A stretch of 64,000 nt of DNA from Enterococcus phage AllMyExes. The notes below the pieces were generated by a model. That model saw only the letters and a program-made list of their open reading frames with translations, ran no database searches and was not told where the DNA came from. Location: sequence record PV544171.1; one strand, 5' to 3'. Positions 9,558 through 18,701 of this stretch are shown here, piece by piece (the stretch's first letter is position 1; each line of letters opens with the position of its first letter). The position numbers and the translations under genes were made by a program.

Positions 9558-11450
9558 ATGTTAAAGTTTAAACGAGTTAGCGCAGAGAACTATATGTCCA
9601 TTGGCTCTGTATCTATTGATTTAGACAACCAAGGACTCGTACTTATCGAAGGTATAAATGATACAAACGAAACATTTCAGAGTAATGGCTCAGGTAAAAG
9701 TACTTTACTGTCTACCGTTACTTATGCATTGTATGGAGCTACCCCTAGTGGTTTGAAAGCTGATGCTGTAATTAATAAACAAGCAAAGAAAAATATGTCA
9801 GTGATTTTAGAATTTGAAAAAGATGGGGTACCATATCGTATCGAACGTTATCGTAAACACTCTAAACATAAAAATACTACTAGATTTTTCCAAGGAACAA
9901 ATGATATAACTCAGAAATCTGTAGCAGACACCGACAAAAAGATTCAAGATGTGTTCGGTATTGACTACCTGACTTATGCTAATAGTATCATGTATGGTCA
10001 GGGTAACGTAGAAATATTTGCTACAGCGACTGATAAGGGTAAAAAACAAATCTTAGAGAATTTAGCTGATATTGGTGTTTACCGATATGCACAGGATGTT
10101 GCTAAAGAAAGAGCACAAAAAGCACTAGCTCTTGCAGAAGAGCTGAACAGACAGTACATTGCTAAGACATATGAAAAAGATGGGTTAACTCAATCTTATA
10201 ATAGTGCTTTACAACAATACGAGAATACAGAAAAGCTGATTCAACAAAAAGAGAGTGAGTTAGCTAATGCAGAATTAGCTATTAAACAAAGTGAGAAGAA
10301 TTTATCAGAGGGAAGAGCACTACGTGAACCCGAATTAGAAAAGCTAAGAGAGCAGATGGCACAACTAACTTCCCCTGCAGACGTTCGTGAAATTGATGTA
10401 GAAGTTGAAACACAGTATTCTAACGTTAGTAGATTGTCTAGTGCAAAAACACAGAATGATACTGCTATTGAGAAATTAAAAAAAGAACTAGAAGATGTTA
10501 AAACAAATACAAATTGCTACCTATGTGGTGCTTTATTGAGTCCACAGCATAGAGAACAAGAAATTCAACGCATTCAAAGAGAAATAGCGGATAAAGAAGT
10601 GTTTATCGAAAAGCTTAATAGTGCATTAGCAGTGTATTCCCCTCTGTTAGAGCAAGCAAGAGCTAAACAAGAGGAAGCAAGAAAAGCTATTCAAGAACAT
10701 ACTAATATTTATCATAAACTTAATGGTGAAATGAATGCGTTGTATCATGAGATAGATACATTAGAGAACACATTGAACACCTCTATTAATAATAGGGACA
10801 GCATTAAGGATATGTTAGCAAGACTACAAGAAATACCTAAACCTCAGTATGACTATGACAAAGACCGAGAAATAGAAGATGAACTAAATAACATTAATCA
10901 ATTAAAGTTAGATGCCGAAGAAGAAGCTAGTCAATATAAAACTATTGCACAAGAAATTTTCTCCAATAAAGGCATACGCTCTGAGGTACTTGACCTAGTT
11001 ACACCTTTCTTAAATGAAAGAGCAAACCATTACTTATCTACCCTTTCAGGTTCAGATATTGAAATAAACTTTAGTACCCAAACAGAGAAAGCAGATGGTA
11101 GTTTAGCTGATAAGTTTGACTTAGAGGTAGTGAATGGCTCTGGTGGAAACACATATCAAGCAAACTCCGAGGGAGAGAAGAAGAGAATTGATTTAGCAAT
11201 ATCTTTTGCTATTCAAGATTTAGTTCAGTCAAAAGCAAACATTGCTGTTAATTTAGGTTTGTACGATGAGTGTTTTGATGGTTTAGATGCAATTGGTTGT
11301 GAGAACGTTATTAAAATATTGAAAGAACGCCAAAAGAACATTAGTAGTATTTTCGTAATAACTCACTCGGAGAACTTGAAGCCATTGTTTGAGAACGTAA
11401 TCACTATGAAAAAAGTTCAAGGTCGTTCTTACCTTGAAGAAAGTAAATAG
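9558..11450 (+). CDS. sbcC: Rad50/SbcC-like SMC ATPase
   Basis: Walker A is QSNGSGKSTLL. Long coiled-coil arms are present. A central CxxC zinc hook reads NCYLCG. The signature-like segment is EGEKKRIDLAISFA. Walker B is LYDECFDGLD and the H-loop is VITHS. Confidence 0.8.
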   Translation: MLKFKRVSAENYMSIGSVSIDLDNQGLVLIEGINDTNETFQSNGSGKSTLLSTVTYALYGATPSGLKADAVINKQAKKNMSVILEFEKDGVPYRIERYRKHSKHKNTTRFFQGTNDITQKSVADTDKKIQDVFGIDYLTYANSIMYGQGNVEIFATATDKGKKQILENLADIGVYRYAQDVAKERAQKALALAEELNRQYIAKTYEKDGLTQSYNSALQQYENTEKLIQQKESELANAELAIKQSEKNLSEGRALREPELEKLREQMAQLTSPADVREIDVEVETQYSNVSRLSSAKTQNDTAIEKLKKELEDVKTNTNCYLCGALLSPQHREQEIQRIQREIADKEVFIEKLNSALAVYSPLLEQARAKQEEARKAIQEHTNIYHKLNGEMNALYHEIDTLENTLNTSINNRDSIKDMLARLQEIPKPQYDYDKDREIEDELNNINQLKLDAEEEASQYKTIAQEIFSNKGIRSEVLDLVTPFLNERANHYLSTLSGSDIEINFSTQTEKADGSLADKFDLEVVNGSGGNTYQANSEGEKKRIDLAISFAIQDLVQSKANIAVNLGLYDECFDGLDAIGCENVIKILKERQKNISSIFVITHSENLKPLFENVITMKKVQGRSYLEESK

Positions 11451-11458
11451 GTGATTAC

Positions 11459-12124
11459 ATGAAGATTTATACATTAAGTAGAGAGTTAAACGAAGGTACT
11501 ATATTTGTACCTACAAGTAGTAGTAATGAAGGGAAACTATTTAGCTTCCCGTTAGAGACACTGTTCGATTGGTACCCTTGTTGCCCAAGATATGAGTATC
11601 AGTATAGTACTTCTCGAAAAAAACTATATTTGAGATTGTTAGACTCAGACAAAACATTAGTAGCTAGATACGGTGTTGTGGATAATAAAAAGAGAGTTAT
11701 TTCAAAAATAGCTTGCTTTAATGAGAATGAATGGTATAATGAAGAAGTGGCAAATGAGAATGCAGAGTTGTTTAACTTTGCTGAACAATATGACATTGTT
11801 ACACCTTTAAAAGACGATTATACATTAAAAGAAGTAGATGATAGCATTTCTAAAGTACTGGATATTCTTGATTTACTTTATACAAACCAAAAAGTTAAAG
11901 TAGAGGAAGAGCTCATAAATAAAGTGGATACTCTACAATTGAGCAAGCCAGACTCAGATGAACTTAAACAAGCGTATAAGGACATATCTGAGTATATGCG
12001 ATTAGACAGAGAGGAAAAGGCTACTTATGTGTTAAGCAGGTCACTAGACTCTTTAAATAGTGTTTATGAAAAATTTGGTAATGTGTATACAATGTTAAAT
12101 ATTATGAGGAAAGTAGTGGCTTAA
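11459..12124 (+). CDS. Hypothetical protein
   Basis: A 221-aa ORF is tightly packed between the sbcC-like and primase genes. No motif was recognised. Confidence 0.5.
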   Translation: MKIYTLSRELNEGTIFVPTSSSNEGKLFSFPLETLFDWYPCCPRYEYQYSTSRKKLYLRLLDSDKTLVARYGVVDNKKRVISKIACFNENEWYNEEVANENAELFNFAEQYDIVTPLKDDYTLKEVDDSISKVLDILDLLYTNQKVKVEEELINKVDTLQLSKPDSDELKQAYKDISEYMRLDREEKATYVLSRSLDSLNSVYEKFGNVYTMLNIMRKVVA

Positions 12125-13183
12125 ATGTTTACAGACTTGTTATCTAACGAATTAGGTTCACCTAAATATGCAGTAAGGGACTACAGGTACAATTGCCCTT
12201 TTTGCGACTACGATACTAAGTATAAGTTTTATGTTAGGGTAGAAGAAGGACACCCAAAGAATAACTTATGGCATTGTTTTAAGTGTGGTAGTTCAGGTAA
12301 CCCAGTATCTTTTGTAATGAAGTATTACAACGTGTCTTTTAAAGAAGCGCTAGAGATATTAGAAGAATATGGCTATAGGTTTAATAATAAAAATTATGTG
12401 CCTAAATCAGATAAGTTAACTGATGAGGAATACTTATTACTTCTTCTAGGTTCGTTAGGTAAGCCAAAAGAAGAAACTAAACAAGCTAAAAAAGAGTTAG
12501 TAGCACCCCCACTGCCAGATGGTTTTAAACTACTAAGCCAGAACCTGAGAGAGCCAGAAGCGTACCCTTTCTTATTATACTGTAATAAGAGGGGGTTTAC
12601 ATTGAATGATATTTATATGCACAATATTGGATATGTAAAAGATTCTTGGGTACCCTTAGAAAATGGTAAGTCAGTCAGACTCAAAGACCACTTAGTTTTT
12701 TTAACTCATGGAAAAGATGGTAAGTATCAATATTGGAATACTAGAGCTATTGGGGAAAGCTTTATTAAGTCTTTGAACGCTCCAAGTAAAGAGGGTGAGC
12801 ATTCAAAAAAGGATACTATATTTAATATTAATAGAGCTAGTCAAACCCCTCAGATAGTTATAACAGAAGGTGTTCCAGATGCATTAACAATTGGTGAGTC
12901 TGGTGTAGGTACTTTTGGTAAACAAGTGACTGACGAGCAAGTTGAACTTATTTTAGATAGTGTGAATGAAGAGCAAAAAATATTTATCTATTTAGATAAA
13001 GATGCTAAAAAAGAAATTAAGAAGTTAGCAGAGAAACTATATAAGAGACATAACGAGACTTATGTAGTTATAAGCCCAACAACTCAAGATGCAAATAGTC
13101 TAGGGAGAGAAGAAGCTTGGAATATTATAAATAACTACTCTGTAAAAGCAGATGGAGTAGGGTTAATAAAATTAATGTTATAG
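12125..13183 (+). CDS. DNA primase (CHC2 zinc finger + TOPRIM)
   Basis: The zinc finger is CPFC...H...CFKCG. The TOPRIM motif is ITEGVPDALT, followed by DKD acidic residues. Confidence 0.75.
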   Translation: MFTDLLSNELGSPKYAVRDYRYNCPFCDYDTKYKFYVRVEEGHPKNNLWHCFKCGSSGNPVSFVMKYYNVSFKEALEILEEYGYRFNNKNYVPKSDKLTDEEYLLLLLGSLGKPKEETKQAKKELVAPPLPDGFKLLSQNLREPEAYPFLLYCNKRGFTLNDIYMHNIGYVKDSWVPLENGKSVRLKDHLVFLTHGKDGKYQYWNTRAIGESFIKSLNAPSKEGEHSKKDTIFNINRASQTPQIVITEGVPDALTIGESGVGTFGKQVTDEQVELILDSVNEEQKIFIYLDKDAKKEIKKLAEKLYKRHNETYVVISPTTQDANSLGREEAWNIINNYSVKADGVGLIKLML

Positions 13184-13199
13184 ATAGGAGAGGGAAAAA

Positions 13200-13832
13200 A
13201 TGAGGTATACACTAGAAGATTTACATGCAGGTATGAAACTACGCTGTACAGATGATAAAGAGTTTAGCCATTGGACTACTGGTAAAATCTATGAGCTAAA
13301 GGAAGACCCTGCAGGTCGCATGTATATTAGGGACGACAACGGAGGGAAAGTCTGTGATACAAGCATCTTATCACGTTTAAATGGCAACACAGGGAACGCA
13401 GAATTTGAGGTTGTTGCTAAGGTGATAAAGGATACAGGTTACACAGAAGAAGACCTTGAAGAAGGGATGTTACTTCACTGTAAAGATGATATGAACCTCC
13501 CATGGTGGGCTACAGGGCAAACCTATGAAATCTATAAGGGTGAAAAAGGAATTTTATTTACTAAGTCAGGAGACGGTAACCAATACTGTGCTAAAGAAAT
13601 AGTAGCTCGATTAAATGGTGGTGCAAGCGGGTCTTTTGAATTACTAGAAAGACCACATAAAGCAGAGTTGGAAAAGAAAGTAGAAGCAAGAATTAAGGAA
13701 CTAGAAAAAGAGAAACGGCGTTTATTCGACAAGCAACAGCAACTTAAGGTGGAAGAAAGTGAAGTAGCTGTAGAAATCAGTAAACTACGTGAAGCATTAA
13801 AAGCAATTGACATACTAAGAGAATTTGAATAA
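13200..13832 (+). CDS. Member of a 'GMKLRCTD' N-domain / C-terminal coiled-coil paralog family
   Basis: The N-terminus LEDLHAGMKLRCTDDKEF is duplicated internally (LEEGMLLHCKDDMN). The C-terminus ends in a conserved coiled coil, ...LFDKQQQL...LREALKAIDILREFE. Paralogs lie at 48426, 49061 and 49916. Confidence 0.6.
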   Translation: MRYTLEDLHAGMKLRCTDDKEFSHWTTGKIYELKEDPAGRMYIRDDNGGKVCDTSILSRLNGNTGNAEFEVVAKVIKDTGYTEEDLEEGMLLHCKDDMNLPWWATGQTYEIYKGEKGILFTKSGDGNQYCAKEIVARLNGGASGSFELLERPHKAELEKKVEARIKELEKEKRRLFDKQQQLKVEESEVAVEISKLREALKAIDILREFE

Positions 13833-13857
13833 GAATCACTATAGGAGGCTAACAAGG

Positions 13858-14742
13858 ATGGGAAGAGTATCAGTATATTTTCTAAATAGCAGAAATATTA
13901 TGGATGAGGATGAGACAAAGCGTACTTATCATGGAACATTTAACTCGATGAAAGAAGCAGAGCAGTCAGTTCGTGACTGGTGGAAAGCAAATGACTTTAA
14001 GTGTAGTACCCTTAGAATTATTGAAGGTACTGAGGATGGGATTGTTCGTTGGGACTACGGAAACCATACTGGGTTCTATCTATTTGTACCAGAAGGTGCT
14101 GTAGTAAAATACACAATCCGTGAAGGCGCTAAGAAACCAAAACGAGGAAGAGAAAATGATGTAGCACATGACTTATTTACAGCAGACGATGGGGTGGTTA
14201 TTCCCGGGAGATTAGGTTCAAATGTTATTTCTACTGGAATAAAAACATCGTTTGACCCCAAACAATATGGTTTATTCATTAACCCTCGAGGTGGTATGAT
14301 GAAATACCCAATCACTTTAGGAAACACACAAGGTGTAGTGGAAGGGGAATATCGTGGAGAGGTTGGTTTGCCACTTAAAAATACGTTCTCTTTACAATTA
14401 GATGCAAGAGCTGTTTCTAAGAACGTTTTAACAATCAATGAAGAAGGTAAACTTATTAACATCCCAGTAACAGTAGCTCGGTCAATGTATCCAAGCTTCA
14501 ATACTCTTTATGAAAAACAGCTAGAGAAGCTAAGTGAGGAACTACAGCTAGTCTATGGAGGAGAAGTTAGAATATCTAATGCTGATGAGTATGTGGTTGC
14601 GGGAACACTATTTATCCCAAAAGGCACTCGTTTATGCCAAGCTTTCTTACTACCACGATACGACACACAGTTTGTTGAAGTATCAGCGTTAGGCACAACT
14701 GAACGAGGAGAAGGCGCATATGGTTCATCTGGGGTGGTATAG
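13858..14742 (+). CDS. dUTPase-like / dCTP-deaminase-fold nucleotide pyrophosphatase
   Basis: The ATG follows the RBS taggagg. The ORF-track start at 13825 would be TTG and is less likely. Motif III-like GVVEGEYRGEVGLPLKN and a beta-rich jelly-roll-like sequence are present. The assignment is tentative. Confidence 0.45.
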   Translation: MGRVSVYFLNSRNIMDEDETKRTYHGTFNSMKEAEQSVRDWWKANDFKCSTLRIIEGTEDGIVRWDYGNHTGFYLFVPEGAVVKYTIREGAKKPKRGRENDVAHDLFTADDGVVIPGRLGSNVISTGIKTSFDPKQYGLFINPRGGMMKYPITLGNTQGVVEGEYRGEVGLPLKNTFSLQLDARAVSKNVLTINEEGKLINIPVTVARSMYPSFNTLYEKQLEKLSEELQLVYGGEVRISNADEYVVAGTLFIPKGTRLCQAFLLPRYDTQFVEVSALGTTERGEGAYGSSGVV

Positions 14743-14744
14743 CC

Positions 14745-14975
14745 ATGCTCATCCCAGAATTTAAACCACCATTATTGTACGTTATGGGTAGCTTTTCTGT
14801 TATGTTAGAAAAACACCAGTGCAGTGTAACTTTTGATTTAAGAGAGCCTTATTTAGGTACCTCTTACGATAAAATAGTGAAGCTTATTAAAATGACTTAC
14901 CCAAACTACAGCTTAACTTATGTAGGGATGACAGATAATAAATATAAGTTCACATTAAAGAATAAGGAGGACTAG
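14745..14975 (+). CDS. Hypothetical small protein
   Basis: A 76-aa ORF, tightly packed. Confidence 0.45.
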   Translation: MLIPEFKPPLLYVMGSFSVMLEKHQCSVTFDLREPYLGTSYDKIVKLIKMTYPNYSLTYVGMTDNKYKFTLKNKED

Positions 14976-14976
14976 C

Positions 14977-15285
14977 ATGTACACCAAGAAAGAAGAAGTA
15001 GTAACAGTTAAACACCTAGTTGATAAAGAGCAAATTAGAGTAGGGGACATAGTAGGTTACAAAAAGATTATTAGAGGGTTCGATGCAAAAAGAGTAAAAG
15101 ACACACTCTCAGTAACAAATCAAATAGGTGTAGTTTCTCGTGTATGTGACGAGTATATTACTGTTCATGACTTTTTTGATAAATGCTCACGAGAAATATG
15201 GGCAAAGACATTTGAAAATTTAGAAGTTCGCAAAATAGAGGACGGCAACAGCCTACTACGGAGGTACGAAAATGAATTTCGTTGA
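14977..15285 (+). CDS. Hypothetical small protein
   Basis: A 102-aa ORF. The RBS is aaggagg. Confidence 0.55.
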   Translation: MYTKKEEVVTVKHLVDKEQIRVGDIVGYKKIIRGFDAKRVKDTLSVTNQIGVVSRVCDEYITVHDFFDKCSREIWAKTFENLEVRKIEDGNSLLRRYENEFR

Positions 15286-15583
15286 TTATTTTAATCAGAT
15301 GCAGAATTTAGTGATTGAAGAAAAAACAGATGAGTATGTTTTACTAGAGAAAGAACATGGTCAAAAGTATGTGACATATCAAGAGCTAGAAGGAGCGTTA
15401 AGCACAGTAGCACGCAACACTGCATTTATGGTAGAGAATTATAACCTTATGCAAGATATTAATTTAAAAATTGTATTGAAAAAATTAAAAGACAGTGGTA
15501 CAATTACAGAAGAGCTTGAAAAAGAGATTCTTAAAGAGTTCAAAAATATTGAAAGTTTAATGGAGGACGAAACATATGAGTAA
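15272..15583 (+). CDS. Hypothetical small protein
   Basis: A 103-aa ORF that overlaps the upstream gene by 14 nt. Confidence 0.5.
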   Translation: MNFVDYFNQMQNLVIEEKTDEYVLLEKEHGQKYVTYQELEGALSTVARNTAFMVENYNLMQDINLKIVLKKLKDSGTITEELEKEILKEFKNIESLMEDETYE

Positions 15584-15947
15584 AGAGAGTAAACGCAACA
15601 AACGTATCGGGGAGTTATCGGAAGCAGACATGAGAGTGTGGGCTGAGTGGTTAGCCACAGGGCAGGTTCATGATAAAAACCACCAAAAACAGTTAGAACG
15701 CTTAAGTAAACGTTCAGTATCATTATCTGATGTAACTACTATTGTCGAATTTATGGGCAAACGGAATGATGGTTATATTTCTTCTTTAATTGAACAGCAG
15801 GCTGTATTTGACAATTTATTAACAAAACTAGGTGTAACGGAAGAAAACCGCTTAGAGGCTAAGGCAGAGTATGAAAAAGAGTTGAATGCTATTCAAGAAA
15901 AAATCCAAAAAGAGTTAGAGTCTATTAAAGAAAATAAAGAAAAATAA
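15576..15947 (+). CDS. Hypothetical coiled-coil protein
   Basis: A 123-aa ORF that overlaps upstream by 8 nt. Confidence 0.5.
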   Translation: MSKESKRNKRIGELSEADMRVWAEWLATGQVHDKNHQKQLERLSKRSVSLSDVTTIVEFMGKRNDGYISSLIEQQAVFDNLLTKLGVTEENRLEAKAEYEKELNAIQEKIQKELESIKENKEK

Positions 15948-15966
15948 TATGAAAGAGGTTAGCTGA

Positions 15967-16635
15967 ATGACAGACTACAGCGCAGTAGGCAAGAAAAGTC
16001 GTAACAAAGGCGGACGTTTTGAACGTCAAATGGCTAAAGAACTCACAGAGTGGTGGGGATATGAGTTTAACCGAGTACCTGCTTCTGGGGGGCTTCACTG
16101 GGCTTCTAGTAATAACGTTGCCGGGGACATTGTAGTCCCTAGCGATGCTAACTTCCCATTTGTTATAGAATGTAAAAATCGTGAAGACTGGACGATTGAA
16201 AACTTGTTCTTAAATAACAAAGAAATTAAGAACTGGTGGGCGCAAGTTGTGGGGGATGCAAAAGAAACGAAAAATATCCCACTACTTATATTTACTAGAA
16301 ACAGAGCAAAGAATTTTGTTACTATGGCATATAATGAAAAACTTGTTAATGAGATTGAAAAAAGAGGTTACCCTTTGATGGTCTCTAACATAACATATGT
16401 AGACGACTACAAGGATACTCATTGTTACAAGACATTTACTACAGTTTTAGATGCAATAACTAGCTTTAAGCCTTATGGTAGCAAAGACAAAGACTACTTT
16501 TTATTTTATTTTCCTAGTGACTATAACTGGGAAGATAGTCTAGTTTATGAAACAACCATAATGGATGATGCTAAACAAATGGATGCAGAGGATTCACTAG
16601 ATGCACTAGTTAATTCTTATTTAGGAGGAGAATAG
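15967..16635 (+). CDS. PD-(D/E)xK-type nuclease, putative Holliday-junction resolvase / recombination endonuclease
   Basis: The basic N-terminus reads GKKSRNKGGRFERQ. A D...ECK catalytic-like core reads VPSDANFPFVIECKNRED. It resembles the RecU / phage resolvase arrangement. This is an inference. Confidence 0.4.
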   Translation: MTDYSAVGKKSRNKGGRFERQMAKELTEWWGYEFNRVPASGGLHWASSNNVAGDIVVPSDANFPFVIECKNREDWTIENLFLNNKEIKNWWAQVVGDAKETKNIPLLIFTRNRAKNFVTMAYNEKLVNEIEKRGYPLMVSNITYVDDYKDTHCYKTFTTVLDAITSFKPYGSKDKDYFLFYFPSDYNWEDSLVYETTIMDDAKQMDAEDSLDALVNSYLGGE

Positions 16636-16636
16636 T

Positions 16637-16936
16637 ATGGCTAAAACATATCAGGAAGCTCTAGCAACAGTACAGTCGTATCTCGAATCAGATAGTGTAA
16701 TGAAAGAAACCTCAAGTATATCTGTTAGTTTCTCAGCTAACTGGACAGGTGAGCGGGAAGACTACGTTATTGATACATTGACATACGACATTGATTTACG
16801 AGTATTCAGCTTAGAAACTGCACATGTTGTAGCTATAGGGAAGAAACTACCTCAAGATAGCAATGAGCATGCTGAACTCCTTAAAAGACTTAAAAAAGAA
16901 TTTAAACAAGCTTCTAAAAAACTACGGGAGGACTAG
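16637..16936 (+). CDS. Hypothetical small protein
   Basis: A 99-aa ORF. Confidence 0.5.
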   Translation: MAKTYQEALATVQSYLESDSVMKETSSISVSFSANWTGEREDYVIDTLTYDIDLRVFSLETAHVVAIGKKLPQDSNEHAELLKRLKKEFKQASKKLRED

Positions 16937-16941
16937 AGTAG

Positions 16942-17421
16942 ATGATAGACAACGTTAATAGCCCTAGTCATTATACGCAAGGAGAAATAGAGGTAATAGA
17001 GGTTATAGAATATATTACTGCTAAGTACCCTGCGGAAATTAGATACCATTTAGGAAATGTTATTAAGTATATTTGTCGAGCACCTTTCAAGGGAAAGCTA
17101 CAAGAAGACCTTAACAAAAGTTCTTGGTACTTGAAACGAGCACAACTGGTTTTAACACAGTCACCAAGTAGCTATACAGGTAAGTGTAAGAAATTTTTAG
17201 AGAATTTCCTATTTAAGAATAGCCATATCAGAGATGCTCAGCTAATAGAAATTCCAGAAGAACCTATTATTGAGAAATTTTTATTTCAAACAGCACAGAG
17301 TTACAATAAAGAACAGCAAAACTATATTATTTCAGCCTTAATGGAATTAAACAGTAGGTCAGGTGATGTGAAAACTGTTCTTGAAAATACAGAAAACTAT
17401 TTAAAATTTATTACAACTTAG
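16942..17421 (+). CDS. DUF3310-like phage protein
   Basis: The N-terminus NSPSHYTQGEIEVIEVIEYI matches the characteristic 'PxHY...IE.I..I' opening of the DUF3310 family common in phages. Confidence 0.45.
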   Translation: MIDNVNSPSHYTQGEIEVIEVIEYITAKYPAEIRYHLGNVIKYICRAPFKGKLQEDLNKSSWYLKRAQLVLTQSPSSYTGKCKKFLENFLFKNSHIRDAQLIEIPEEPIIEKFLFQTAQSYNKEQQNYIISALMELNSRSGDVKTVLENTENYLKFITT

Positions 17422-17513
17422 TACAATATAATGCTCTTTCTACGAAAAGCTATCTTTTATATTTATGGTATAATAGAGATAGGGAAATTAAAAAGTAGAA
17501 GGAGCATTTTATA

Positions 17514-18308
17514 ATGACAAAAGCACCCAGAGTGAAAAGACTTAATATTTATAACACTGACCGGTACTTTAATATTAATTTAATGAAAAAAGAAGATATA
17601 GCAAAAAAAATTAAAGTTAACCGATTGAATGAAGAAGAGATAGAGAGGGAGATGGATGAACTAGCAAACAACCCATTGAAGACCCCTATAGGTTACATGG
17701 ATAGAACAAATGAAAAATCTTATATACTTTATCAAGAAAAGTATACGAACGACAGACTTATTCAGAAATTATTTAAACATGCGGGCTCTGTGTCCTATTA
17801 CACAGATACAATCGTACCATACTACATAATTGAGCAAATATCTAAGAATTTAACAAGTGAAGTAATCTATCCTACAAAAAATAGCTATGAGAACAGAGAG
17901 ATTGAAAATGTTCAACTAGCTTTCACTGCCTGCCCTGTAACGATTGATTGCCCAGTAGTGCTACCTGATGTTAGCCCGTATGATGTGTTATTTGCACTAC
18001 ACCCTCTAAAAACAAATGTAGACAAGATTCAAATATCGTTTCCTTGTCTTACAGAAGAAGAGTTCGATACTAGACATGAAGAATACTACCACAAAGTAGG
18101 TAACCACTATGAGGTTAAATCAGAGTACAAATATAAATTCTTTAAGTATGTACAAACTTCCTTATCTATTTGGGCTATGAACATTTGGTTAGTGTGCGAT
18201 AGTGATGAGGACTACAATAAAATAGACAGATATATTCAGAAAGAAAAAATTAAACGTAATGCTAACAGAGAGCGTGCATTAAAGAGAAAGGGTAATCAGG
18301 ATGAGTAA
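17514..18308 (+). CDS. Hypothetical protein
   Basis: A 264-aa ORF. It is preceded by a TGnTATAAT-like extended -10, tggtataat, near 17463. Confidence 0.5.
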   Translation: MTKAPRVKRLNIYNTDRYFNINLMKKEDIAKKIKVNRLNEEEIEREMDELANNPLKTPIGYMDRTNEKSYILYQEKYTNDRLIQKLFKHAGSVSYYTDTIVPYYIIEQISKNLTSEVIYPTKNSYENREIENVQLAFTACPVTIDCPVVLPDVSPYDVLFALHPLKTNVDKIQISFPCLTEEEFDTRHEEYYHKVGNHYEVKSEYKYKFFKYVQTSLSIWAMNIWLVCDSDEDYNKIDRYIQKEKIKRNANRERALKRKGNQDE

Positions 18309-18612
18309 AGATAAAACGATTAACCGAACAGACATAGCTCGAACAATCTCTCACCATACTGGTTATCGAATGAAAGATATATTGAAGATTTTAGAAGTAG
18401 AAGATGAAGTAGTAGCTCAAGCAGTATCACAAGGTATCTCTGTAAAGAATCACAAATTATGGAAACTAAACATTAAAAAAAAGCCAGAGAAGGTAGCATG
18501 GGATGGTATAAACTCTAAAAGTTTTATACAACCTGAGAAATATGTAGTTAAATTTGTACCATTATCTAAGTTGAAAGAGTCAATAGACACTTATAATAAA
18601 GAGAGCAAATAA
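18301..18612 (+). CDS. HU/IHF-family histone-like DNA-binding protein (SPO1 TF1-like)
   Basis: It is 103 aa. The helix-arm-helix pattern, TDIARTISHHTGYRMKDI...VKNHKLWKL...KVAWDGINSKSF..PEKYVVKFVP, aligns with the HU beta-arm architecture. Confidence 0.5.
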   Translation: MSKDKTINRTDIARTISHHTGYRMKDILKILEVEDEVVAQAVSQGISVKNHKLWKLNIKKKPEKVAWDGINSKSFIQPEKYVVKFVPLSKLKESIDTYNKESK

Positions 18613-18626
18613 AGCTCTCTTTTTTG
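18601..18626 (+). terminator. Rho-independent terminator
   Basis: The hairpin gagagc-aaataaa-gctctc is followed by tttttt. Confidence 0.7.
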
Positions 18627-18637
18627 CTCTTTCTATA

Positions 18638-18666
18638 TTGACAAATAACATAATACAAAGTATACT
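18638..18666 (+). promoter_or_regulatory. Sigma-A-type promoter (TTGACA-17-TATACT)
   Basis: TTGACA is at 18638-18643 and TATACT at 18661-18666. It lies upstream of the DNA polymerase gene. Confidence 0.6.
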
Positions 18667-18701
18667 AGTGTCATAGAGCAACAGAGAGGAGAAAAGTGTA
18701 A

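Noticed and set aside
13825-13857. The upstream start (MNKNHYRRLTRM...) for the dUTPase-like gene, as given in the ORF track.
   Set aside because: That start codon would be TTG with no RBS and overlaps the previous gene's end. The ATG at 13858 is preceded by a canonical taggagg RBS.
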